Source: Rhynchobatus australiae
Lineage: Eukaryota
Length of the DNA: 64,000 bases
Direction: 5' to 3'
Assembly (NCBI GenBank): GCA_034780895.1
Contig: JAUZTB010000081.1
Location: forward strand, 11,132,050-11,196,049
Shown: positions 51,713 to 64,000 of the stretch, piece by piece
Layout of the letters: each line of letters begins with the position of its first letter
Numbering within the stretch: the first letter of the stretch is position 1
Notes under the pieces: model-generated
The model's database searches: none
What the model was told of the DNA's origin: nothing
Seen by the model: the letters and a program-made list of their open reading frames with translations, nothing else
Translations under genes and position numbers: made by a program

Positions 51713-53807
51713 CTGAAATATATTCAGTATTTTAGTCCTGCTATTATTTTAATTGCATTTCACTCTGCCGATAATCCTTCCTGAGGATATAATATATTTG
51801 CGACAGAGCGGAAGTTACCTGATGGATTCCCAGGATGGCGAGATTTTCAAATGAAGAATAAAATGGAGGAGGCAAAAATTGTTCCGAGGATTTGGAGATG
51901 ATTTCAATGAAATACGCACGAAACTTAAAGAGCTCGCCAAGATAAATGCTGCAGTTTGCCCGGCCCCGTAGTTTAGCCGGGATCATAGTATCAAAATAAG
52001 TGTTGACAATTAATGACAGAGAGAAAAATAAATGTCTTCGTTGCAAAGGTAGTTACACCTTGATCGTTTTATGAAAGTGAGTGTTGTTCAAGAAAGACTG
52101 GCAGAGGCCATGAGCGCTTGAAGAAATGTACTGATTTCCTTCAAGATAAAGCATGATGGTTTTTAATGGAGGACTAAATGCAAGGGTCCGGTAGCCGACT
52201 GCTTCTTTAACTTCTTGTTTTCTTGATTTTAAAAGAACATTGTTGAAATAATGGGATAAAAATGTTCACGATTTCCCGGAAAAAAAAACATCAGCAGGCA
52301 GCAGGAATGGGGAATTAGCTCCATTACTGGAGGCTGAATTCTCAGTCATCGACCACTCTGTTTCGATAGGTTGCGCATTTACGACCCGTGCAGGACATTC
52401 AGAAGTGAAAGTCTGGAAAGAGGAAAAATAAAAAAAAATCAAAGAAGTGACAAAATTGAGAAATGGTATGCTACTCGAGTTGTGGGCTGTTGCAAATATA
52501 TTCAGACCATGGAATTGTCATCGTATTAGCCCTAATCATGCTGAGCAACTGATGGAGCTCTGGAGGCATTGCCTTCTCTGAGCCAATAGCAAATAATTCA
52601 ACATATGACCAACCCGCCGATAAGCATTTGCCTGCAGTTGAGAATCAGAAGTCCACTCAGACGCTTTATTGTGCAGAATGGTACTCCATCCCTGGAGCCA
52701 ACACTACTTTTAGCCATAGCATGCACCTTAAGGACACACGGCATCCGAATTCCAGCTCAGTGCAGACTTGCACAATTGCAACATTTATGACTCCAGCTCG
52801 CGTGTCATTGATTCCCGGAGTAGAGTACTGATATAATCAGGACAGTAATAGTGTGCATTTCTGACTCTTCACTCACACCAGATAAATTAACGGGAAATCT
52901 TATGCCTGGATTGTTTACATATTACTATTTTCTGTGAATATTTGCATTCAATTATTGCGCTTATTGTTAACATATTCTCACTTGATCCGTTATTTTCTTA
53001 TTATTGTAGGAATATTGTTGTTTCCTTTTACCTGTATACTTACTGTTTCTAAAGCTTCCGAGAGTCAGAAAGGTGTTAAATGGTGTTGAACTTTCCATCC
53101 GTCCGGCCATGAAATGTAATTTTCGACATTAATATTTATACAACGGCACGTTCCCAAGGAGTAGAGATTCCGACTCCATTGCTCACCATTAGAGAAAATA
53201 AAGACCATGCAGTTGAATACATGAGTGGCTACTCTGGATAGGAGGCTCGGTAAAAGATAGCCTAACCCATTACATGGGTTTTGGTATATTGAAATACCGA
53301 GAAGGAATCTGGACGCTGTTCAACATCTCATACGAAACAAAATAGATTAAATATCGAATTATGTGTATCATACAACATAGCAATGAAACCGTGGAAGGTC
53401 TTAAGTGTATTTTAAATTGGATCTTGGCATAGATCTTCAGTATGTTCTGTAAAACCATGAACACAATCAAAGCCCAATGACTACGACAACATGAAAGGCG
53501 GACAGAAAAATTCCGGCACGTGTTTTCTGCAGGAGATTACACAATCAACTACTAATTTTGTATTTCCCAACCATCTGCTTCTAATGAAGTGAATAGAAAC
53601 TATAATCTCCATAATAATTTACATTTAATGCATGAGGATCTCATGCTTCTCCAGCTTGTCGCACACACCAATTTAATTCCAAACCAACTGATACATGTGA
53701 AGACCGTTTTTTTGCAACAAACTATCCCTCATATTTGCGGTAATGAATTATTGATTTATCTTTTTCTAACAGTTGGAAATGTAATAAATTGTCCTCCTAT
53801 TTTACAG

Positions 53808-54387
53808 CTAACCTGGTGGCAATTGTCATTCTCTGCAGTGGAAACTGTGGTCTTTCCAAATGCATCACTCGATATCTCGTGGCGATGGCAGCAGGTGATC
53901 ACATGGTCCTGATATTTGACGTTATCCTGTATGAAATCAAGAATGCACATTTCACAAATCATTCCTGAATTATACTCCCATTTGCAGTCTCAATCTGACC
54001 CTTCTATTTGTTTCTCTTGATTGCTCTGTGTGGTTAACTGTTGCCTTCACATTTGATCGATATATTTCTATTTGCTATCAACGATTCCGAATCAGATATT
54101 GCACTGAAAAATCTGCAACTATTGTGATAACAGTAGTATGCTCATTGAGCGTGTTGGAAAATGTGCGCACTTACTTCATATATGAACCACGAGAAATAAT
54201 TGACCATGTGCCATGGTTCTGTTCCATAAAGCCAAGTTGTTTTAGCTCTCCTGTATGGATTGCAATTCTTTGGTTGGATACAATCTTAAACTCATTTGCA
54301 CCTTTTGTTTTGATCCTGCTGCTTAATTCCCTAACCATAAGATATATTTTCATTGCCAACAGAGTGAGAAAGGGACTTCGACAACAG
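53808..54387 (+). pseudogene. GPCR gene 5 exon 2: 1-nt deletion near 53959 (stop TGA 53966); 3' part interrupted by a gap
   Basis: acaaatcattcctga versus acaaattcattcctaa in gene 6. The downstream frame (54028 ORF) is intact up to the gap. This is either a young pseudogene or an assembly error. Confidence 0.75.
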
Positions 54388-55007
54388 NNNNNNNNNNNNN
54401 NNNNNNNNNNNNNNNNNNNNNNNNNNNNNNNNNNNNNNNNNNNNNNNNNNNNNNNNNNNNNNNNNNNNNNNNNNNNNNNNNNNNNNNTGCTTAGATTTAA
54501 AACAGATGTTCTTCATTTCTGTCTTACATCCACATAAGACTGCACAGAATGACAGTCAAAATGCATTTCCCACTTTAGCCACCATACTGCTGACAAACTC
54601 AATGAACCGCCCTGTACAACTACATCATATTTTATTTCTCACGGATAGAATCACACCAAGTATTGAGATTTCAGCAAGTAAATATGAAAGATGGTTCACG
54701 TCAGTCTTTTGTGTCACAGCCGAGGAGAACATTCACCAAGAAGGAAACGTCCATGCATTTGCTAGAACATAGATAGTGAATGTTCCCCATGAAATACCCA
54801 GCGTTCTTACACGTGCTCCGTTGAATGAGGAATCTAACTGTGGATATAAAAACAAACCGTGCTTTTTGTTTGTTCAAATGATTGATTGAGGCCAATTTTC
54901 ATGAGGGACTAAATCCTCCTTGGGATTTCTCGCAGATATAAGTAAGACTTAATTTGAAAACAATATTTAGAACTCTGGTAGACTCACCAGAAGCATAGCT
55001 TGTGATT

Positions 55008-55077
55008 ATGGGACAACCAGTAATGTTGCAGATAGAAAGCATTTACTATCCTACCCTAGCAATAATTGGTGTACCCG
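55008..55077 (+). CDS. GPCR gene 6 exon 1 (MGQPVMLQIESIYYPTLAIIGVP-G|gtaagt)
   Basis: 70 nt with a canonical donor at 55078. The ORF track misses it. Confidence 0.85.
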
Positions 55078-57566
55078 GTAAGTCAATTTTTGAACCGCGG
55101 AATATATGTATTTGCATTTGTTTGCTTCATAGACCTTAATGTCGATCAGTAAAATGTCTGGGCAGTTTTAACATTTTACCAAGTTGCTCATAATTACACC
55201 CTATGTACTATATTGTATCAACAGTAACATTCAGATCACTTTGCCTTAATTCCCAATGTTGTTACTGAGCCATTTCGGAATTAAATAGGCATCTACCACA
55301 AAAACATGGTGCAGTTCTCTGGAATCCATTCACAAAGGGCAATTTGCTACTTCATATTAGATTTATTTCCACCCATCAGAAAGAAAGAAGCTATCTCCGT
55401 ACTCGTAAAACCAATCTACATTGACTGTTGGAATCATAGATTGTGGTCCACCTTCATTCTCGTTGGTTGTACACGCAATCTTCAGACGAAATTCTTGGCA
55501 GCCCGTGAAGAGACAGACACAGTGATTTTTTTGGCCAACCGTTCTCCAATGATGACTTGCTTCAAGGATCGCCCTCAGCAAAGAGACCACAGCGTGCAGC
55601 ATATTTACAATTTACAATACATGCTGGTTTTCCGGGATGGTGCACTTGCCATATGAAGAATGAGATGGAGGAGGCAAAAATTGGTCCGAAGATTTGGAGA
55701 TGATGTCAATGAAATACGTAGAAACCTGAAAGAGCTCGGCAAGATCAATGCAGAAGTTTTCCTGGCTCTGTAGTTTAGCCGGGATCACAGTTTCAAAATA
55801 AGTGTTGACAATTAATGATAGAGAGAAAAATAAACGTCTTAATCGCTAAGCCAGTTAATCCATGATCGTTTTATTACACTGAGTGCAGTTTAAGAAAGAC
55901 TGGCAAAGGCCATGCGCGCTTGAAGGAAAGTATAAAAGAAAGCATGATGGATTTTAATAGACGACGAAATCCAAGGGTCCGATCGTCTACTGCTTCTTGA
56001 ACTTCTTGCGTTCCTGATTTTAAAATAACATTATTGAGATAATGGAATAAAAATGTTCACGACTTTCCAGAAGATTATGAGCAGGAGCAGGAATGGAGAA
56101 TCAGCTCCATTACCGGAGGCTGAATTTTCAGTTATCAGCCGCTCAGTTTCGATGGGTTGCCGAATTTACGACCTGTGCAGGGGATTTAGATGTGAAAGTC
56201 TGTAAAGGAAAAAAAAACAACAAAGTGACTAAATTGGGAAATGGTATACCACTTGAGGTGCAGGCTGTTGCAAATATATTCAGGCGATTGACTTGGCATC
56301 GTATTAGACCGAATCACGCTGAGTAACTGAGGGAAACCTGGAGGCCTTCCCTTCTCTGAGCCAATAGCAATAATTCAACATAGAACAACCAGGTGATAAG
56401 CATTTGCTTATAATTGAGAACCATTCAGATTCTCCATCAGAAGCTTGATTGAGCACAATAATACTCCATCCCTGGAATCAATGCTACTTTTAGCNNNNNN
56501 NNNNCCAAGGTGACTCGGCATAGCGTAAACTTGCACAATTGCAAAATTTCTGACTCCAGCTCGCGTGTTGTTGATTCCAGGAGTACAGTACTGACATGAT
56601 CAGGAGACTAATGATGTGCATTTCTGACTCTCCACCCACACCAGATAAATGCAGGAGAGCGCTTACGACCGGATTGCTTATATATTCCTATTTTCTGTGA
56701 ATAATTTCATTCAATTATTGCGCTTATTGTTGAAAATTTCTCACTTGATCCGTTATTTTCTTACTATTGCATGAATTTTGTTGTTGCCTTTTATCTGTAT
56801 AGTTATTATTTCAAAGGCTTTCGACAGTCAGAAAGGTGCCAAATGCTGTCGAAATTTCCATCCTTCGGGCCATGAAACTGATTCTTCCCCACTAATATGT
56901 TCCCAAGGAGCAGAGATTCCGAATCCATTGCTCACCAGTAGAAAAAGAAATAGACAATGCGGTTGAGTACGTGATTGGCGACTCTGGGCAGGAGGGTCTG
57001 TTCAAATTATCCCAGCCCATTACAATGTTTTTTGATCAATTGAAATGCCGAGAAGGAATCTGGAAAATATTCATCTTTTTATACGAGACAAAATAGATTA
57101 AATATCGAATTATGTATATCATACACCATGAAAATTCTTCCCTGGAAGGTCGTAAGTGTATTTTAAATTGGATCTTGGCATAGAGCTTCAGTATGTTCTG
57201 TACAGCCATGAACACAATCAGAGCCCAATAAAGGCGACAACATGAAAGGCAGCCGGAACAATCCTGCAGTTGTTTGTGCAGGAGTTTAGACAATCAACTA
57301 CCAATTTTGTATATTTCCATTCATCTGCTTCTTATGAAGTGAATAGAAACTATAATCTCGATAACAGTTTACATTTCATGCATGAGGAGCGCATGCTTTT
57401 CCAGTTGGTCGCATATACCAGTTTAATTCCAAATCTTCTGATGCATGTGAAAAGATGGAAAGACAGCTTTATGCAACAAAACATCCTTCATATTTGCAGC
57501 AATGAGTTTTTGGTTAATCGTTTTGTAACAGTTGGAAATGTAATACAATGTCCTGCTATTTTACAG

Positions 57567-58581
57567 CTAACCTGGTGGCAATTGTCATTCTCTGTCGTGG
57601 AAAATGTGGTCTCTCCAAATGCATCACTCGTTATCTTGTGGCGATGGCAGCTGGTGATCTCATGGTCCTGGTAGTTGATGTGATCCTATATGAAATCAAG
57701 AATGTGCATTTCACAAATTCATTCCTAAATTATACCCCCATTTGCAGTCTAAATCTGACCCTTCTTTTTGTTTCTCTTGATTGCTCTGTGTGGTTAACTG
57801 TTGCCTTCACATTTGATCGATTTGTTTCAATTTGCTGTCAACGATTCAGAATTAGATATTGCACTGTGAAAACTGCATCTATTGTGATAACAGTGATATG
57901 CTCATTGAGCGTTTTGGAAAATGTGCGCACTTCATATATGAACCACAAGAAATTATTGACCATATGCCATGGTTCTGTTCTATAAAGCCAGGTTGCTATA
58001 CCTCACCTGTATGGATTACAATTCTTTGGTTGGATACAATCTTAAACCCATTTGCACCTTTTGTTTTGATCCTGCTGCTTAATTCCCTGACCATAAGATA
58101 TATTTTCATTGCCAACAGAGTGAGAAAGGGACTTCGACAGCAGAATAATATAAGGGGGAGTGGAACCGACCCGGAGATTGAGAATCGAAGAAAGTCTGTA
58201 ATTTTATTACTCGCAATAACCGGTAGTTTTATACTCTTGTGGATCGTAATTTCCATATGTTTTCTGTCTATGTCGTTCATTGGCGAACAAACATTAGCAA
58301 CAAATTATAACAATCCATTCACTATTGCTGAAAAATCTGGTTATATGCTGAGGAGTTTAAGTGCTTGTACAAATACTTTTATTTATGCCGTGTCCCAAAT
58401 CAAATTCAGGGAAGAATTGAAGAATTTGGTAAGGTATCCTCTAACTCTCCTAAGTAAATTCCTTAAAGAAATTCAACAGCTTCACAGAATGGAAGTTAAG
58501 TATAGTCCTGAACAGCAAATGTTGTTTGGTTTTCCATCTGACCAGTTTTCAATGGTATTTCCAAGTACTTGGGCGATTTGA
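57567..58581 (+). pseudogene. GPCR gene 6 exon 2: 4-nt deletion (ACTTACTT>ACTT) at ~57929, otherwise intact
   Basis: gtgcgcacttcata versus gtgcgcacttacttcata in gene 5. ORFs 57548-57985 and 57859-58581 together cover the whole receptor. Confidence 0.8.
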
Positions 58582-59267
58582 GCAGACCTTGTATCGTGTG
58601 TCATAGGAACAACATAAAAATGTAACAATATTATTTCTTGTGAGGACCCCTGAAATTAATGATCTCCGACGTTCGGTTCAAGCACTTGACTTAATGTCAA
58701 ACGAATTAAGATCGAAACAAAAGCAGAGCATTTATAATCCTCTTCCTTCACGGATAAATATTGCCACATGCCGAAAATACATTTTTTTTCCAATCCAACA
58801 ATTCTGTTTAAACCCCCGTACTCCATTGGCATTTGATACACTGTATATGTAGGTACAATCTGTTTTCAAGCATGTCATCATTAAATTACAATGTTGCGAT
58901 TTCAGCACAGAATGCCGAAGAGTCCAGACATTCCAATCAACGACATATTCGATAAACATCGGTACAAAAGTCAAAATCAAAGTCAAGTTATTAATCATTT
59001 GCCCAAGTACATGTATGTACAGGTTTCATGAAAACTTTCAACAACATCACTGGTACATAGCACCAGATACGGAGCACTCAGAAGGAAACAACATGAATTA
59101 AACATGAATCATACTTCTTTTTTCCAAGAAAGAACAATATTAGAACAAAGAAAAAAAGTCAATTGTAGTGCAGAGTGTTCAAAGTTGTCAGAGTGTTGCT
59201 GTACTGAGATGATTACTGAGGTTGTGCAGGTGGGTTCACGAACCGAACAGCTGAAGGAAAGTAGTTG

Positions 59268-59350
59268 TGTCACAATGTTGATCAAGAGCAAACTCACAGA
59301 GAACCCAAATGCGGAACACCGATACAAGACTGGAGTCAGGATACTTCCTC
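59268..59350 (-). mobile_element. Solo LTR family copy 3, 3' end; its other end is at 63407-63479
   Basis: Reverse complement of the end of 38501-38909; 63407-63479 is the reverse complement of its start. Flanks agttg/agttc. Confidence 0.8.
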
Positions 59351-59450
59351 NNNNNNNNNNNNNNNNNNNNNNNNNNNNNNNNNNNNNNNNNNNNNNNNNN
59401 NNNNNNNNNNNNNNNNNNNNNNNNNNNNNNNNNNNNNNNNNNNNNNNNNN

Positions 59451-59849
59451 GTTTTGATCCTGCTGCTTAATTCCCTGACCATAAGATATATTTTCATTGC
59501 CAACAGAGTGAGAAAGGGACTTCGACAACAGAATAATATAAGGGGGGAAACCGATCCCGAGATTGAGAATCGAAGAAAGTCTGTAATTTTATTGCTCGCA
59601 ATAACCGGTAGTTTTATAGTCTTGTGGATGGTAATTTTCGTATGTTTTCTATCTGTGCCGTTTACAGGCGAATATACATTAGGAACAAATTATAACAATC
59701 CTTTCACTATAGCTGAAAAATCTGGTTATATCCTGAGGAGCTTGAGTGCTTGTACAAATACTTTTATTTATGCCGTGTCCCAGGTTAAATTCAGGGAAGA
59801 ATTGAAGAATATGGTAAGGTATCCTATAATTCTGTACAGTATTTTTTAA
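59451..59849 (+). CDS. 3' fragment (TM5 to C-terminus) of a GPR139-like exon 2; probably the missing end of gene 5, or a seventh copy
   Basis: Open frame VLILLLNSLTIRYIF...NTFIYAVSQVKFREE...YSIF*. Its first 81 nt overlap the contig end 54307-54387 with one mismatch. Confidence 0.75.
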   Translation, partial: VLILLLNSLTIRYIFIANRVRKGLRQQNNIRGETDPEIENRRKSVILLLAITGSFIVLWMVIFVCFLSVPFTGEYTLGTNYNNPFTIAEKSGYILRSLSACTNTFIYAVSQVKFREELKNMVRYPIILYSIF

Positions 59850-60599
59850 AAATAAACTCAACAGCTTCACAAGCGGGTTAAATATACTCCTGAACAGTAC
59901 ATGTTATTTAGTTTTCCATCTAACCAATTTTTATTGGGATTTCCAAATACTCCAGCGATTTCAGCAGACCTTGTATTGTGTTTCATAGTCAAAACATCAA
60001 AATGTAACAATATTATTTCTTCTGAAAACCCCTGAGAACAATTATCTTTTACCTTCGGTTCAAACACTTCACTTGTTGACAGAAACAATTAAAATCAATA
60101 AAATGAATCCACCTTCCATAGTTTTAACTGATCAAAACACTTGCGGGGCAGTTAAGATCCACTTACTTCACGAATACATATTGTCACATTCCGAAATATA
60201 TTTTTTTCCAATCTATCTACTAATTTTGCTTAAATCTTCCGTACTCCATCGGCATTCAAAACTTTGAATACGAAGTTACAATCTGTTTTAAAGCGTGTCA
60301 TCATTAAATTATATTTTTGCGATTTCAGCACAGATTTGCTGAAGCGTTCATACATTTCAATCAATGACATATTCGATAAACATAAGTACAAAACTCAAAA
60401 TGAAAGTCAAGTTGATAATCAGATACAGGAGTACATACATGTGCAGATTTATTGAAAAACTTGCAACAGCATCACTGGTAGATAGCACCAGATACGGATC
60501 ATTCAAAAGAAAACAACATGAATTAAACATGAATTATGCTCTTTTTTCAAGAAAGAAAATTAGAACAAAGATTTTTTTTAAAGTCCATTGTAGTGCAAA

Positions 60600-62400
60600 G
60601 TGATCAAAGTTGTCAGAGTGTTGCTATACGGAGATGCCGATTAAGGTTGTACAGGTGGGATCAAGAACAGAACAGCTGAATGAAAGTAACTGTTCTTGAA
60701 CTTGGTTGTGTGGGACTTCAGACTTCTGTACCTTCTACCCGATTGCAACGACGAAAAGAGGCAATGCTCGCAAGGTGAGGATCTTTGATAATAGATGATT
60801 CATTCTTGAGGCACCGATGGTGGATAGTGATACAATGGGCTGCGTCAACTACCCTCTGCAGCTTTTTACGTTCCTGTGCATTCGGTTTCTCAGACCATAA
60901 TGATTTAACTGTACTTCTTCACAATTTTGTCAGAGAGTTCGGTGACGTGCCGAACCTCCTAAACCTTCTCAGAAAGAAGAAGTGCTGGCGCACGTTCTTG
61001 TGGTTTTATCGATGTGTTGGGGAGAGGAGAGGTCATCCGATATGTTAACGCCCAGGAATTTAAAGATGATGGCTCTCTGAACCAGCAATCCTCCAATATA
61101 GACTGGTGTATGTTCGCCCTCCTTTCTCTTCCTAAAGTTAACAATCAGCTCCTTAATTCTACTGAAAGTTTGTTGTTGGGACATCTTTTACCTGTTGTTA
61201 AAACTCGCTCCTGAATGCAGACTCGTCACCACGTGATTTCTTCAACAATGGTGATACCGTTGGAGAATTGGGATAACAACATTGCAGTTTTGCATAGCGA
61301 CGCAAACAATTATGTACACAGAGGAGAGAAGGGGATTAAGCCTGAATCCTTGATGTGCACTTCTGTTGATCGTACGTGAAGAGGTGTTGTTTCTATTCCT
61401 CAGGGACATAGCTCCGCTGATGAAGATTTGGGGGATCCAGTTGCTGAGCGAGGTACAGAGGTCCAGGTGTTGAAGCTTGATGAGATGATTGCGTTGAATG
61501 CTGCAGTGATGTCGAGTCTGAGGATTTGGTACTGTTTCCAGGATACCCAGAGCATAGTGAAGAGACAAACAATCGCATATGTTGTTGACCTGTTGTGGCC
61601 GACGCCAAAATGAAGTTGATCCATTTCATCACTGAGCCAGGAACCGATCTGTGAAAACACGTCATTATGGTTGGTGTGAGCTTTATCGGACGTTAGGTAT
61701 TGAGGCAGGTCACCACCCTGTGTTTGGGCACCGGTGCAGCCGATGACCTTTTAAAGCAATTAGGACAAGTTGGACCAGACACCTTTCGTGAGTTCACCCT
61801 CATGGAGGATACCAAGATAACGGCTTCACAGACGAAGATTACAGCGTCATTCAGAAATATTAGGGCATGTGTTAGTGTGCAATAGTTTTCGCTATCAAAC
61901 TGTGCATAAAAGGCATTGAGATCATCGGAGAGTGATGGGTGCTTGCCAGTTATCCTAACTGATCTTACCTAGTGCGAAGTAATATTTTACCAGACCTGGC
62001 ACGACTGTCTAGACTCCATCTGTCATTCCATTTCAGTCTAAAGTTCCCTCTTTGCTCCCGCAATGACGTTCCAGGGGTCATATCTGAAGTTTTAATATGA
62101 GTCCTAGTCGTCATCTCTTTACGCCATTGATCTCGCCCCCATCAGATTCGGAATCTGTTGGTTCATACAAGGTATCTGGTTGGGAAGACGCGAAACGTTG
62201 CTGTAGGCATACAGGCATCCACCCATGACCTTATGATGTCAGAAACTACAGTGGCATATGGATTTATGGTCACTGAGGAATCCTTGTAAATTGTCCAGAC
62301 CATCGACTCCAAGCAAACCCAAATTCGCTATTCCGCTTCTGCCGTCCAGCTCTCAGTAGTCCTCTTCACCAGTGCTGCACTGTTCAGTCTCTGTCTGTGC
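60600..62400 (-). mobile_element. Rex1/Babar-like LINE remnant
   Basis: Minus peptides KELIVNFRKRKEGEHTPVYIGG...FKFLGVNISDDLS and LDITAAFNAII (RT motif DxSSAFNTI). Confidence 0.75.
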
Positions 62401-63051
62401 GCAGGCAGAAGAATCATCATGGCAATATCATGCATAAAACTGAACCAAAATAAAATCACATTCAGAAATTACCAGAATTGACAGAAATATATTTGATAGT
62501 TTTCGCGGTGCATTTGGCCAAATTGCATTAGTCCAAATGGATTAATTGTCTTTCACAGATACATTTCCGCACTTAATTAGTTTATAAGCACAGAGGAATC
62601 TCGCGTGCGACAGTCAGGCGTGATTTCAACAGTGAAGTCCGAACGAGGACCACAGAGACCTAAAATTATTCTGTCAATAAGCAACTCTATAGAAGGTCAT
62701 CTATTTTCTATCAAAATCTTAACTTACTTAAAAGTTAAAATCTAACAATCACATACGGTTGAGCACCAACACACGAAGTAAATGGTGTCGAAACAGTTGT
62801 AGAACAAACAATTAAAATACAACATAAAATCTTGAGAACTAACTGAAAGCGTCTCACTAAAGTTCGCGTTGAATCTTATTTTTCTCCCTTCTGTTTTGGC
62901 CGATAATAAAATTTTAAATCAACGGCTTTTATATCCCGCGCGAAACAAACCACGCAGATTTTTTTTCAACTGAGTCACGTTGTCCACAAACCTCAATATT
63001 TATTTGATCCCACATGTTACTTCACATCTCTGTATTGCAAATTATGTTCTG

Positions 63052-63306
63052 TATCACAAGATAAGGGAGCAGAAGAAGGCCATTCGGCCCATCGAGCCTG
63101 CTCCATGGAAAAGGAAATAAGAGGGAGAAGTGCCGGGGGGAGGTAAGAAAAGAAAAAAAATCCCCAATTTCCTAACTTTTCCCCATAACCCTTGATAACT
63201 TGACTAATTACAAATCTGTCTATCTCCTTCTTGAATGCACCCAATGATCTGGCCTCCACTACTGTACGTGGCAAGGAATTCCACAAACTCACTACCCTCT
63301 GGCTGA
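63052..63306 (-). mobile_element. CR1-like LINE 3' end
   Basis: SQRVVSLWNSLPRTVVEARSLGAFKKEIDRF; similar to 40862-41100. Confidence 0.85.
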
Positions 63307-63479
63307 NNNNNNNNNNNNNNNNNNNNNNNNNNNNNNNNNNNNNNNNNNNNNNNNNNNNNNNNNNNNNNNNNNNNNNNNNNNNNNNNNNNNNNNNNNNNNN
63401 NNNNNNGCATGGAATCCATGTGCTGGACAACAAGGCATTAAAGGAGCCAAATTGAGGGCCAGAACTCAGAACCATGACA

Positions 63480-64000
63480 AGTTCTTTTTGAACCTGGGTG
63501 TGTGGTACTTCAGACTTCTGTACCTTCAACCCCATGACAAATACGAGAAAAGGCACGGCTCGGATGGTGACTATCTTTGATGATAGATGTTGCAGCGCCT
63601 CATGTTGTTCCCACCGATGTTGGCTAGTGATGTATTGTGCTGTGTCGTCTAGTCTCTGCAGAGTTTTACTTTATTGCGGATTCGTTTTCTCAGACCATGA
63701 TAATTTCAACTGTACATCTTCAGAATTTTGTCAGAGATTTCGGTGACGTGCCCAACCTCATTAACATTCGGAGAAAGTAAAAAAAAGGTGCTGGCGTGCC
63801 TTCTTGTGGTTTCATCGACAAGCTGAGCAGCGGAGAGATCATCCGATATGTTAACGACCAGGAATTTAAAGCTGCTGACTCTCTGCACGACAGATCCCCA
63901 AATTTAGACTGACGTTATGTTCGCCCTCTTCTTCTTCCTAAAGTTAGCAATCAGCTCCTCAGTTCTACTGGCATTGAGCGACAGGTTGTTGTTGGGACAT
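63480..64000 (-). mobile_element. Rex1/Babar-like remnant, paralogous to 60690-61185
   Basis: QRVSSFKFLVVNISDDLS; collinear with the 60690 copy. Confidence 0.75.

Noticed and set aside
1-64000. Prokaryotic features (operons, CRISPR arrays, rRNA/tRNA genes) and the many 60-160 aa ORFs
   Set aside because: The DNA is intron-containing vertebrate sequence with no regularly spaced repeats. The short ORFs are chance frames, TE relics, antisense shadows of the GPCR exons, or run through N gaps.

Overview
Eukaryotic (vertebrate) genomic DNA, not prokaryotic. It is AT-rich with GT-AG introns and many scaffold gaps, mostly exactly 10 or 100 N. Its repeats (CR1, Rex1/Babar, Penelope-like, V-SINE, solo LTRs) look like those of a cartilaginous fish (shark or ray); this taxonomy is an inference. 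The window is a tandem, all plus-strand cluster of two-exon class A GPCR genes most similar to the GPR139/GPR142 family. Each unit has a conserved promoter (TGATTGA..CCAAT..GATATAA), a 70-nt exon 1 (start through TM1, ending YYPxLxxIGxP-G|gt), a phase-1 intron and a ~0.9 kb exon 2. Units seen: one complete gene (432-3898); one probably intact gene whose exon 1 lies in a gap (exon 2 at 21408-22321); an old pseudogene (28660-34558); an intact exon 2 with no visible exon 1 (37449-38353); two young copies with one frameshift each (50141-54387, 55008-58581); a 3' fragment (59451-59849); and a truncated exon-1 relic (15237). This birth-and-death array of divergent receptors related to an amino-acid sensor is the main candidate for an undescribed (possibly chemosensory) system. 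Several contigs appear mis-ordered or interleaved. Repeat boundaries are approximate and family calls were made by eye.
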